DNA of 64,000 nucleotides, taken from contig NC_092672.1 in NCBI RefSeq assembly GCF_964355755.1, positions 31,254,437 through 31,318,436 on the forward strand, written 5' to 3'. The notes under the pieces are model-generated. The model did not search any database. It saw only the letters and a list, made by a program, of their open reading frames with translations, and was not told the DNA's origin. This document shows positions 38,588-51,377 of this stretch, piece by piece. Numbering within the stretch: position 1 is the stretch's first letter; every line of letters begins with the position of its first letter. Source of the DNA: Antedon mediterranea (taxonomy: Eukaryota; Animalia; Echinodermata). The position numbers and the translations under genes were made by a program.

Positions 38588-38895
38588 GTCTATCAAATTT
38601 TTTTTCTTTAGAATAATCAAGGACAGAATTGATAGTAATATAATAAGTCCTATTATTTTTAGTTATATTGTGTTTCCAATTACCTTAACAACTGCAGTTG
38701 AAAGAATTACGCGCGCGTACGACCCTGCGTAGCGCGTTGGTGACGCGCATAGTAACGGTCGCGCGTTTCCTGTTGCCCTGGAGCTGCTGCTCCTGACAAT
38801 AGCATAAAAACAAACGTCACCACACCCAGAACTAGAGTCGATCCACTAAGTACGATACATATCTATTCAATTTAATTGATTATTAATTCATCAGT

Positions 38896-41076
38896 ATGGT
38901 TGATAATGATTTGGCTTCTCGTTTGCAAAAAAGATTAGACGTTGAATCTGGAAAAGAGATAGAAGAAAACAAACTAGAGTACAAGGACCCACATAAAGAG
39001 TTCGCACACCCGTATCCAGAATTCAGCGAGTTTACGCGCGAACAGTGTCAAGAATTTGAAGACATGTTTGCGCAGTAAGTATAAACGTAGGCTTACCCAT
39101 CAAGTAGGTCTGCACCCCAATACCATTTCCAACTGTAATGTGATGTGCTTTGTTTAAATACTAGACTTATGAAGATTTCTATTTTCCGGAAACGTTAGCT
39201 TTGTTCTCTACTAGACTCTGCTGACTACTGACACGACAGATGACATTTCTTATTTCTTACAATAAGACCTTAATATAGAATAAGGCCTACTAAGAGTAGA
39301 TGAACGTAAAAAGAACACTGCCGACGTGAAGTCATAACAGGAAAGTCACTCGTTCCTGGTCATATTGTCAGTACTTCTCTGTTAGGCTACCAGAAATGAC
39401 TGTTATTATTATCATTCAAAGTGTTTATGTTTTTTTAGGTACAATAGCAATCACGATGACTATATTTGTTACGATGAGTTAAAATGCATGATGGAACTTC
39501 GCGGCGAGCCTATGACGCATTTGGAATTAAAGAAGTTGATAGCGGCGGTTGACGAAGATAAAGATGACAAACTTTGCTTCAGAGAAGTAAGCAAATCAGT
39601 TAATCCCATGGGCATATATTGGGGTTTAAAAGCATACGCATGTTACGTCACACTTTGTAATAACGTTGTCGCACTTTACCTGTCGCATGTGGTGTAGTGT
39701 CGAACTCACCTGTCACACTTTGAAACGTTGTCGCACTTTACCTGTTGCATGTGGTGTAGTGTCAAACTTTGTAACACCTGTCACACTTTGAAAAGTTGTT
39801 GCACTTTACCTGTGGCGTGTGGTGTAGTGTCGAACTTTGTAAAGTTGTCGCACTTTACCTGTCGCATGTGGTGCAGTGTCGAACTTTGTAACACCTGTCA
39901 CACTTTGTAAAGTTGTCGCACTTTACCTGTCGCATGTGGTGTAGTGTCGAACTTTGTAACACCTGTCACACTTTGAAACGTTGTCGCACTTTACCTGTCG
40001 CATGTGGTGCAGTGTCGAACTTTGTAACACCTGTCACACTTTGTAAAGTTGTCGCACTTTACCAGTCGCATGTGGTGTAGTGTCGAACTTAGTAACACCT
40101 GTCACACTTTGAAACGTTGTCGCACTTTACCTGTCGCATGTGTGGTGTAGTGTCGAACTTTGTAACACCTGTCACACTTTGTAAAGTTGTCGCACTTAAC
40201 CTGTCGCATGTGGTGTAGTGTCGAACTTTATAATACCTGTTACACTTTGTAATAAAGTTAATTTCTCAATATCAAGGGCGACAGCTCCTGAATAATTACA
40301 AAATGCGACACAGCAGTTTCATATTGTGATGGGTTTTTAAGCAGTGCGACAACTTTATTATAAATTTTGACGCGACAGCTTATATTATTAATATTACAAA
40401 GTGCGAGTTATATTACAAGGTGTGATGACGGAACATTACTAAATGCGACTTCTGCAATTATTAGGCCTACAAATACGTGCGACAACCTGAGACCAATTGC
40501 AATCGATCACCACGATTACTCACATTCAACATATTATTACATATTTGTAATCATAAATATAACTCAACTTGTGTATTTTGTTCTCGTCTGAAAAATGCGA
40601 AGGTCCTCTTGTACACTTGCGTTTTTGCGTATAACGGATTGATACCAATTTTTTTTCTCAGTTTATGTTGATGTGGAAGAAATGCCTAACAGGAGTATTA
40701 CCAGAAGGTACGGGATTTGCAAAAATTGCCGCAACAAACAAAATGATACTGGCAAAGCCTGCAACCCATGCAGGTACGTCTGGAGTCGGAGGAGCAAAAG
40801 CTCTGTTTGAAACCAAGGTAAGTTCTCCATTGGTCTCAATATTTCAGTAACTTATTTCAGTTGAAGATTATTGTATGAAAGAGAGATGTCTTTCTAACTT
40901 GTTTTCTTTTTCCGTGCCAGCAAAAATCGCACGCGGATAGCGAGGACAATGCTGAAGAGATTCGTGCAGAACAACGGAAGGCTTACGCAAAGAAAAGAGC
41001 CGACAAGGCGGCGGCGGAAAAGGAAGCTCAAAGAAAGGCTGCATTTGCTGCCAGATCGGGCGCCTTTGGCAACTAA
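38896..41076 (+). CDS. EF-hand protein, EFHD1/EFHD2 (swiprosin)-like (212 aa, 4 exons)
   Basis: Exons 38896-39074, 39439-39586, 40662-40817, 40921-41076. Motifs YPEFSEFTREQ, MMELRGEPMTHLELKKLIAAVDEDKDDKLCFREF, GVGGAKALFETK, and a C-terminal coiled coil ending RKAAF. Confidence 0.88.
39665..40252. repeat. ~63-bp minisatellite
   Basis: gttgtcgcactttacctgtcgcatgtggtgtagtgtcgaactttgtaacacctgtcacacttt repeated about 9 times. Confidence 0.9.
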
Positions 41077-41273
41077 GTGATCACACTTCAACTTCTAGAT
41101 GTAAGCTGAATTAATTGGGAAATTGTAAACGATTCAAATAAAGATTAAGCCGCACACTGATTGTAGCAGAGTCTTGGGAGTCGAGTAGGCCTAGGGAGTA
41201 CAGTAGCACCAGCAGTGATTTAACATATTCACACTTCGTTTGCTTTGTTTTATACGGCGCGGTTTGATTCTAA

Positions 41274-41429
41274 AGCTTGTTTCCCACTGAAAATGCAACA
41301 TAAGGACGTAAGCCGCCGCGCAAGCGAATTGACCAACCAAAAACGAAGATTATTCCAGCTGTTGCTTGTGATTGGTTAATTCGTTTGCGTTGCGGCTTGC
41401 GTTGCATCCTAGTGAGAACCAACCAAGCT
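41274..41429. mobile_element. MITE family B copy
   Basis: AGCTTGTTTCCCACT...AGTGAGAACCAACCAAGCT. Confidence 0.7.
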
Positions 41430-43570
41430 TTAATGATTTCACAAATCATAGGATTATCCCAACTGTCGCTTGTCATTGGTTAATTCGCTTGTAGAATATA
41501 AGAATGTTTATCAAAGTTCTGCAAGCCATCTGTGTGGCTTATTATGGACTTCAGGTTTCAAACTCCATAACAAATCTCGATGTTTTTTTTAAAATACAGT
41601 AGATAGGCTTATTTACTCTTTAAAATAAACAAATAATTAATCTCCTTCCCATATATATATTCATTTCCGCCTAAAACGTCCAGAAAAAAAATGTGCACGC
41701 CGGCCGATTGTTTGCTTAGAAACTGGCACTTTATTTTTTGTCTTTTGAGACGACATGCAGTTAGTAGAGCAACTAAGCAGGGAAAAATTTCATCTTAAAA
41801 TTTCGTTTAGCAATATTGCTAATAAAACTGATGTTTGAATCGAGAAACATAGTTTTCTATAGTATATTTTGCTACACAATTGTAGAAATGTGTAGCAAGA
41901 AGGTTGTTTTGTATAGCTTTTTGCTATGCTACACTGGCAAAATTATTCCCTGCTAAGGCAGAAATTTAGGAGTCGAAAAATAAAGAAATGTCAACAAAGG
42001 TAGACTTATCTGCATCTAAACTTTATTAGCACAAAAAACAATCTTTAGAAAGTTCCAATGCCTTTTGACTTTTTTTATATATATAATGTACCATGCAAAT
42101 ACAGTAGCGCAAACTACTCCAGTTGGAAAACAATGAATTCCAACAAGACACATGCTTGCTGACTCTTTGCAATAAACCGTATATATAAAGCCTTTTTAGA
42201 TAAAGACTGATAAAGACACGTTAAATGTTATTAGGTATCGTTCGTTCGTTTTGCATCCAGCAACACCAAACTACAAAACAGTCGCAACATTGTGTCTGCA
42301 CATGCCCACAAGTTCTACCTGCATACATGTGTTTTATTTCAACAGTCTAACTTGGTGTTGCACAATGCAAATGTCGCTATTGGCATAAGATCACGAAAGG
42401 CTCTGGTTACAGTAAGTGGGGACAAGCTTTGCATTTTAAAGCTTTGTATTTATTAAAAAATTTAAAAAGGGCATCTCTATACGTTGGTTATAGGTTAGAT
42501 TTTTAAGAATTACAGTATTAATTCCCTGTCAAGTAATCAAATATTTACGCTTATGTTACAAAGTGGTGGCCTTATCTTTATTCTGAGGGATAGAATATCA
42601 TGATTTCATTATGGGGATCAACAGAGTTTAACGCCAAATGGAGATCGTGACAAGTATAACTGTATGTTGCTATTTTCAAATTGAAGGCTTTCTGTCCAAA
42701 AAAAAAAAAGGGGGAGGGGGTTGGTGGTGTGGAACAAAAATCAAAATCACTTTCAATACATACCAATACTCAGCAATTCCTTACTGTCTCATTCATTAGC
42801 ATTATGTCGATAAGTACCTTTCCCACTGATCACAAATATTAAATCAAGATTAAAATCATTATCGTTGACTTTCTTACCAGCTCACGTCTCTAGTTAATCA
42901 ACTGAACCGGAAGTAGGAAGCTTACGTACAACGACTTTTTAACGGCAGTAGGGCCGGTCTTACTTATTTTTTTATATTCAAGTAAATATATAACCCTTTG
43001 AAATTATATTTACCCTTCTAAAATGATAATAATAAACAGGTACGTGACTATTCTAGAAATTTGCATCGGACAAAAGACAATAGCAGTCACTGGTATATAA
43101 TAAGGACATCTACTGTACATCTATAACCTACTTCATAATCAGTTTAAACAATTATATTTCTTATTTTTATCAGTAACAAATTAAATAAATCATGGCACAC
43201 TATAAAGGCTTCAGTATCCAAAGCCATTTACAAATCAGCATTTTACACAAAACACCAAGAGAAAAAAATAACACAATGTTTTTGAAATAATATCTCTCAT
43301 GTTGATCCATGTTTTTTAGCAAATAAATTCCAGTTTAAAAAAAAGTTACAACAGAAAAAAATCGTTCATCTGCTTTAAAAAAGAGAGTAAGTAACAATAT
43401 TTAGTCAATGTCTGGAAGATTAAATAAAATTTCTCAGACATTATCTAAAAAATGAGCTGTTTTTTTTTTTATTATTTAGCATCCTTCCACTTGGTAATTC
43501 TGGTCCCTTATACTGCCCTCTCTAGACCAATTAACACATCAACAGTCGGTAGCCTTAACATTCCAGTACT

Positions 43571-46500
43571 TTAGGCTGATGAAGTTTTGACGCCCACAGC
43601 CTTCTCCTCACCCATCGCCTTAAGGATGGTAACCTAAAAAACGTCAAATACCAAATTTACTGCAGGCTAGCAAAATGGTGTGTGGGTAAGAAAATTGGCT
43701 TATGTTGGGCCGGCTTGTAAAACTAGGCCAGTGGATTATTTCATGTGAAAAGAATTATAAATAGTATATTGAATGCCAACTCACCAAAATTGTTTCGTCA
43801 TTTTCGAACTTGGTGTTAATTTCCTTACCAATTTCATTTTCTGGTAGTTTGATGTCCTCGCGAACATCTCCACCATCATCCATAAGAGATAAATAACCCT
43901 CATCTATATTGGTCAGCTGAAAAATCATGTAAAACCTTAATCAAACATCTAAAATTGATTATAAATATTCTTTTATAGAATGTGCAATAGTACCCAGTCA
44001 GTACTGGAAAAACAATAGTACCCAGTCAGTACTAGAAAAACAATAGTACCCAGTCAGTACTGGAAAAACAATAGTACCTAGTCAGTACTGGAAAAACAAT
44101 AGTACCCAGTCAGTACTGGAAAAACAATAGTACCCAGTCAGTATTGGAAAAACAATAGTACCCAGTCAGTACTGGAAAAACAATAGTACCTAGTCAGTAC
44201 TGGAAAAACAATAGTACCCAGTCAGTACTGGAAAAACAATAGTACCCAGTCAGTACTGGAAAAACAATAGTACCTAGTCAGTACTGGAAAAACAATAGTA
44301 CCCAGTCAGTACTGGAAAAACAATAGTACCCAGTCAGTATTGGAAAAACAATAGTACCCAGTCAGTACTGGAAAAACAATAGTACCTAGTCAGTACTGGA
44401 AAAACAATAGTACACAGTCAGTACTGGAAAAACAATAGTACCCAGTCAGTACTGGAAAAACAATAGTACCCAGTCAGTACTGGAAAAACAATAGTACCCA
44501 GTCAGTACTGGAAAAACAATAGTACCCAGTCAGTACTGGAAAAACAATAGTACCCAGTCAGTACTGGAAAAACAATAGTACCCAGTCAGTACTGGAAAAA
44601 CAATAGTACCCAGTCAGTACTGGAAAAACAATAGTACCCAGTCAGTACTGGAAAAACAATAGTACCCAGTCAGTACTGGAAAAACAATAGTACCCAGTCA
44701 GTACTGGAAAAACAATAGTACCCAGTCAGTACTGGAAAAACAATAGTACCCAGTCAGTACTGGAAAAACAATAGTACCCAGTCAGTACTGGAGAAACAAT
44801 AGTACCCAGTCAGTACTGGAAAAACAATAGTACCCAGTCAGTACTGGAAAAACAATAGTACCCAGTCAGTACTGGAAAAACAATAGTACCCAGTCAGTAC
44901 TGGAAAAACAATAGTACCCAGTCAGTATTGGAAAAACAATAGTACCCAGTCAGTACTGGAAAAACAATAGTACCTAGTCAGTACTGGAAAAACAATAGTA
45001 CCCAGTCAGTACTGGAAAAACAATAGTACCCAGTCAGTACTGGAAAAACAATAGTACCCAGTCAGTACTGGAAAAACAATAGTACCCAGTCAGTACTGGA
45101 AAAACAATAGTACCCAGTCAGTACTGGAAAAACAATAGTACCCAGTCAGTACTGGAAAAACAATAGTACCCAGTCAGTACTGGAAAAACAATAGTACCCA
45201 GTCAGTACTGGAAAAACAATAGTACCCAGTCAGTACTGGAAAAACAATAGTACCCAGTCAGTATTGGAAAAACAATAGTACCTAGTCAGTACTGGAAAAA
45301 CAATAGTACCCAGTCAGTACTGGAAAAACAATAGTACCCAGTCAGTACTGGAAAAACAATAGTACCTAGTCAGTACTGGAAAAACAATAGTACCCAGTCA
45401 GTACTGGAAAAACAATAGTACCCAGTCAGTACTGGAAAAACAATAGTACCCAGTCAGTACTGGAAAAACAATAGTACCCAGTCAGTACTGGAAAAACAAT
45501 AGTACCTAGTCAGTACTGGAAAAACAATAGTACCCAGTCAGTACTGGAAAAACAATAGTACCCAGTCAGTACTGGAAAAACAATAGTACCCAGTCAGTAC
45601 TGGAAAAACAATAGTACCTAGTCAGTACTGGAAAAACAATAGTACCCAGTCAGTACTGGAAAAACAATAGTACCCAGTCAGTACTGGAAAAACAATAGTA
45701 CCTAGTCAGTACTGGAAAAACAATAGTACCCAGTCAGTACTGGAAAAACAATAGTACCCAGTCAGTACTGGAAAAACAATAGTACCCAGTCAGTACTGGA
45801 AAAACAATAGTACCCAGTCAGTACTGGAAAAACAATAGTACCTAGTCAGTACTGGAAAAACAATAGTACCCAGTCAGTACTGGAAAAACAATAGTACCCA
45901 GTCAGTACTGGAAAAACAATAGTACCTAGTCAGTACTGGAAAAACAAAAGTACCTAGTCAGTACTGGAAAAACAATAGTACCCAGTCAGTACTGGAAAAA
46001 CAATAGTACCCAGTCAGTACTGGAAAAACAATAGTACCCAGTCAGTACTGGAAAAACAATAGTACCCAGTCAGTACTGGAAAAACAATAGTACCTAGTCC
46101 AGAGGTCCAAAGTTCCCCAAAATTTTTAATGCAGATCCTCGCCTATCCGAAAATTGGTTATTTCCCCCGAAAATCTGGACGATTTAGCCTAGAGATTTGT
46201 CATCTAAATTAACACTCCTGGTCCTGTTGATAATGACGATCGGTATTTAAACAAAAGCATTTATTAGGAATTTGTTTTACAAATTAACAGCCATCCATCA
46301 ACTGCCAAGCCAATTACACATGTGACATTGTATTGTAGTTGTATTAATGTCACATGCAACCCACTTAATAATATATTAGCTGAAATAGCGCCCTCTATAT
46401 TATTTTAATTATTATAGGAAGCCCTCTATTGTTTACCCAAAATGTTTTCAACTTGGGGCCTCTGCCTGTCAGTATTGGAAAAACCATAGTACCCAGTCAG

Positions 46501-49381
46501 TACAGTGTACTGGAAAACAATAGTACCAAAGAATTCATAACATTCAACGCCAATTCAAAATACAGTATCGGAAATAAAGTGTTAAAAGGCCATTTCACAT
46601 CATAGAGAAGTGCACTCTCCAAACTAGAAAGGCAAAACTATTAATATACCCATACTATAGAGGTCTCTGTACTAATATACCCATACTATAGAGGTCTCTG
46701 TACTAATATACCCATACTATAGAGGTCTCTGTACTAATATACCCATACTATAGAGGTCTCTGTACTAATATACCCATACTATAGAGGTCTCTGTACTAAT
46801 ATACCCATACTATAGAGGTCTCTGTACTAATATACCCATACTATAGAGGTCTCTGTACTAATATACCCATACTATAGAGGTCTCTGTACTAATATACCCA
46901 TACTATAGAGGTCTCTGTACTAATATACCCATACTATAGAGGTCTCTGTACTAATATACCCATACTATAGAGGTCTCTGTACTAATATACCCATACTATA
47001 GAGGTCTCTGTACTTGAATAATACATTATTAATACAAAATATAGTAAAATTCAGTCTTTTCAAAACTAAAATTATACAATTTCTCAATGATGATCAACTA
47101 CACAAATAAACTAATTAATCAAAGTAGTCTTGCATAATTTTTTTTATTTGAAAACACTTATTATAATCAAATATAGACCTTCATGGTTCACAATGGCGCC
47201 ACTCGTTTTTTCTTTTTCTATCCTACAATGCCTTTCGAAATTGTTACACTTTTCGGACGAACAGGAGATTAAGTTCTTTGAGAGTACTCACCTGATAGTC
47301 CACACGCGAGACATGTGGAACATTCATGTTATGGGTTGATGGACAAATATCCTCATATTTCTTGTTTGTGAAAATATCAAGAGCAACCAGATGAACCTGT
47401 GATGGATATAGAAAATATGTCAATTGGAAAGGTACAATTTACAAGTGTTATGTGTTAGTACAGTAGAACCTTCATTTTACGTACAGTAAAACAAGAGATT
47501 CGTAAAATCCAGGTTGACCTTAAATTGACCCCAAATACGTAGAGATCGTAGCTATAAGGGCTACCGTGTTTGCCTAGGCCTACTTTACTGTATTGTACAT
47601 CATGCAGGTGGTCACTAGCTAGGCCCAAGATGCGAGGCCTAACTAGAAAAGTACAGTATATATAGCCTGTACGTTTAATAACAATGTTCTTGTATTTTCT
47701 ATCAATAAAAACAATTGCTGCTGTAGGGGGACTGCAGGGCATCACGTATGTAAAACCCAGGAGAGCAACAAATCGCTCTCCTCAAATCACCGAGGAGAGC
47801 AATTCGCTCTCCTTGCAAAAATTTTAAATCGCTCTCCTCAAATATTTATGTTGAAGTTGAAGGATGGTCGCCCCCCCCCCCCCCCCCCGGGCACAACAAA
47901 TGTATACTGTACCTCTCCCCTAAAATCCCCCACACCCACCTTTACACACAATATTTTCCGTGGGGATCGTATTATTCTACAGTACAAAAAACTCAAGCCA
48001 ATTTTTTTTTATGGCCTGCCTGGGTAGATTGGGTTTCAGGAGCCTGGAGAATCCTGTCCTGGCCAACTATATATGCCTTTTTAGCCTAGCTTTTCTAGCC
48101 TAGCTTGTTGGCCTAGAAATCAGACAGAAAACCTGAAAAGTATTTACCTGCAATTCATAAATTATACAATTCTAACATGCAACAGCCATTAAAATATTGA
48201 TAATAAGTTACAAAGTGTCATTTTAAAATAATTAAGAAAGATATTTGATCGTGTTTACATGTGTCACACATGGGCGCACGCACAAAATAGGGGAGGGCTG
48301 AGAGAGCTTCTAGAAGATGCTGACGTCACACATCAGCACGTGTTTTGAGGAGGATTTGAGTGACCAAAATTGGTTAGAACTTTCGAAGAAATAATCCATC
48401 TTCAAAATGACATAATTAAAGCAACCAGCAGCTAAGCTTTTTTAAATAATAAACATTATATTTAGGCCTCCTATATTAATGTTTCCTTTTAAAATTAAAT
48501 ATATTTTATTAACTCGTTCCATAAAAACATAAAGGGAAAAATTATTGGTTGGGACATGATCTTCCTGTAAAGGAGGTGTTTCTATGACACCGTACTGGTT
48601 GCACTATGAGGCGATGAAGTAAACTCGCCCTTGGAATGCACGCAGGCAGGGGAATCCCCTTTGTTGGTACCTCGCACTGTGAGATGGAGCGCGATGAATT
48701 GCTCTCCTTTTCGAAGGTTGTTGATTGCGATCGCGCTCGCGATCCTTAAAAACGAGGGACTGCCATTAGGCTTGTAGCTTTATAACTTAGCTTATATATT
48801 ATTAGCCTAGGCCTAGATTGGTTTTAACTTTTAAAAATCCACGTGTTTTTAGGCCTCTTGACAGAAAAATCAACACTGTCTAAAGCTAGGCTCTATTTTG
48901 AAAATTAAGGAGCGCGATAAATTGCTCTCCTCGAAGCCTGTTGAGGAGCGCGGAGGAGCGCGGTCGCGCAGGCGCTCCTTATAAATGATGCCCTGGGACT
49001 GCATGTGTGTGTAGCTTGTCTCACATTAGGTTTATTAGAATTAACTTGCGTTTCATACTGTGCATAGTATTCAATTTGTTTGTTTACGACATGCATTAAA
49101 TACATAATTTATACAGTTTGCTTGCAAGTGTAAACAGACATTCTTGAATGTTTCTAAAATTGTTAACCTTACATGTTTAATTTCTCTCTGGAGAGAGGAT
49201 GTTAAATAATTCAATTCACTTAATTTACCTTAGCGTGACCATGCTTTCCGGTTTTAGAAGTAGACATCTCCACAATTTTGCATGGCCGCCCCTTGATCAC
49301 TACATAACCATTTTTGCGAAGGGAAGAACACTGGGCTGGGAATGTTTTAGAGGCACCCGAATCGGTCTCATACTCACTCAT
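43571..49381 (-). CDS. EIF5A: Translation factor eIF5A (150 aa, 4 coding exons)
   Basis: Exons 49381-49229, 47396-47292, 43916-43785, 43633-43571; hypusine motif [25 protein letters not shown]. Confidence 0.97.
43985..46099. repeat. 28-bp minisatellite, about 75 near-identical copies
   Basis: Unit CAATAGTACCCAGTCAGTACTGGAAAAA; main variants CCC>CCT and TAC>TAT. Confidence 0.97.
46100..46464. mobile_element. hAT-like MITE inserted into the 28-bp array
   Basis: CAGAGGTCCAAAGTT...AACTTGGGGCCTCTG (13/15 TIR); flanks cctagtc / cctgtc. Confidence 0.65.
46642..47013. repeat. 31-bp perfect minisatellite (12 copies)
   Basis: Unit TAATATACCCATACTATAGAGGTCTCTGTAC. Confidence 0.95.
47735..48995. mobile_element. 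Non-autonomous hAT-like DNA transposon (1261 bp)
   Basis: CAGGGCATCA...TGATGCCCTG TIRs, GGACTG duplicated on both sides, subterminal AGGAGAGC/GCTCTCCT/AGGAGCGC repeats. Confidence 0.8.
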
Positions 49382-50376
49382 TTTCAATCAAAATCTACAA
49401 AAAAAAATTAAAATGATATTTAATTTTATTTGTTTCACCATTGAAATCCAACCAACTGATACCCACAGCATGGTCATTTTTCCAATAATTTGCCGTTATT
49501 CATAGTGCATTGTTGTCCATCAATAAATTTTAAAATGGGTGCGTCATTGTCACGTAAAGGTAAGTGACTTCTCTATCATGGTATACATAGTATGACCCAC
49601 ATCGAACAAATGACGCACCTCCCACATGTATAGAGCATCATACAATACAATTTGCATTACAAGGGTTATGCTTATGAATAAAAAAAAGGGAGGAATTTCT
49701 TTTATGAAGGGGGAGCGGAGATGAAATAACAGAAAGCTTCCTCGATTAATTGAAATAAATTACCAAACCATGCAAAATAGTTCTAGGCCTATACTATAGT
49801 ATAGTCCTAACTAAATATTAACATCTAAAAACACAATTCTTTCAATAGAAATTACAGGCCTATAATCACTTAACATATTGGAAAATAATAATAATAATAT
49901 TGCAGTCACTACTGTAACTAAACTGCGTGCCTTTATTTGTCAGTTAATTTTAGAAACAATTTTTTATTACGAGTCAACAGATGTCTGCAGCAAAAAAAAT
50001 CTAGTAAATTGTTATGTTAAGGAACATGTAGCCCTCTCTCTAGGTAGCACTACTAGACTGGAGGCTGGCTGGCTGGCTAGCTGGCTAGCCTGCTGTTGTT
50101 GCAGAGGCGACAGGTCACTCAGTACACGTTTTGCCACGGTTTGGCTGATAGTACTACATCACAACTGCACTGATCATGAGAAGATGGCAGCCGTGGTGCG
50201 GTGACAAATCATATTATCGAGATCGCAAACCACCGTCGATTATTAGCAGGCAATCGAGACAGAACAAAAATCATAATTATTCAACGGCATTGTAATTTAT
50301 GAAATTAGATACAAAATGTAAATTAGTACTAGTGTTATACATATCCTGCCCAAAATAAACTACATTTTATACTCAC

Positions 50377-50445
50377 GTGCGATGAACTTTTTAGTGGATG
50401 TGGAAAAGAGGGAGAGCTGAGGTTATGTAGCGCGCATGCGTATAG
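50377..50445 (-). promoter_or_regulatory. Probable eIF5A non-coding first exon with a TCT/5'TOP-like start and an NRF1-like site
   Basis: Minus strand CTCTCCCTCTTTTCC (50416-50402)...CGCAC|GTGAG donor; GCGCGCATGCG at about 50430-50440; acceptor just upstream of the ATG exon. Confidence 0.65.
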
Positions 50446-50877
50446 TTAAAATTTGGGTATCGAAATGTATCAATTCGTATACCCCTACCTATATATCCTC
50501 TTATATATACAAAACTTTACAAAACAATGCAAAACAAATGATTATTCGGTTCCTTCAAGTTTTAATATAAACACAGCTCTAATAATAAATAAATAAGTGC
50601 TAACAAATATTGTGCTATACACGCACACGGACTGCACACAGTTTTTAGAGAAAAAAAGGAAAAGAAAATAGGCTAGTATAGGAGGCTACTAGGCCTACTA
50701 CTACTTCTAGGCCTCTATCTAGCCTATAATAATCCTAGCTAGGCCTATCTAGCCTATGTACAGTTATTATTGAATATTATAGGCCATGGTAGAGAAAGAA
50801 AGAAATTAGAAATGAATTGGGGGTGCCCATAACTATAAACTCAATAACTGTAAAATAAAAAGTTAGAATTGTACAGT

Positions 50878-51062
50878 AGCTCTGTCTACACTCTATCAAA
50901 TTAGTTTGACCAAAAAGTGTGATGTGACCAAATATGGTAGTGATATGCCCAAATATAGTTAACGATATGACATCATCATGTCCATATGATCTCTGCATGC
51001 TGTACACATCACATTTTTTTGTCACCGCGAAATGTTTGATGTGTGTGTAGAGAGTGCAGGCT
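50878..51062. mobile_element. MITE family A copy in the eIF5A/YBX intergenic region
   Basis: Left TIR intact, core conserved, right end degenerate. Confidence 0.65.
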
Positions 51063-51377
51063 TTAGATATCTTGATTTTTTTTATAGTAATAATTAAGTA
51101 ATGTATTGCCTTTATTAGAATAAATGATTATAGATAATATTAGAAGAGTTTTATAATTCTTATATAATTTCTTATTATTATGATTCTTTACTATCATCAT
51201 ATTTATATTATTAGCCACACAATCATAGCCTCTTGTTAAAACGTATAATGTTGGTGGCGCACTTACAATTTAGAGAAAGCGTCTAAATATCCCAGAATGC
51301 ACTTAGTCATGCAGCATAAAGAACAACGCTGTGGAAAAGAGTGGAGTTTATAACATCTAGAATTAACATCTCAAACA

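Noticed and set aside
43985-46099. CRISPR-like 28-bp partly palindromic repeats
   Set aside because: No spacers and no cas genes; eukaryotic intron.
47052-47095. C/D snoRNA box (ATGATGA) in an eIF5A intron
   Set aside because: Wrong strand relative to the host gene, with no matching D box or terminal stem.
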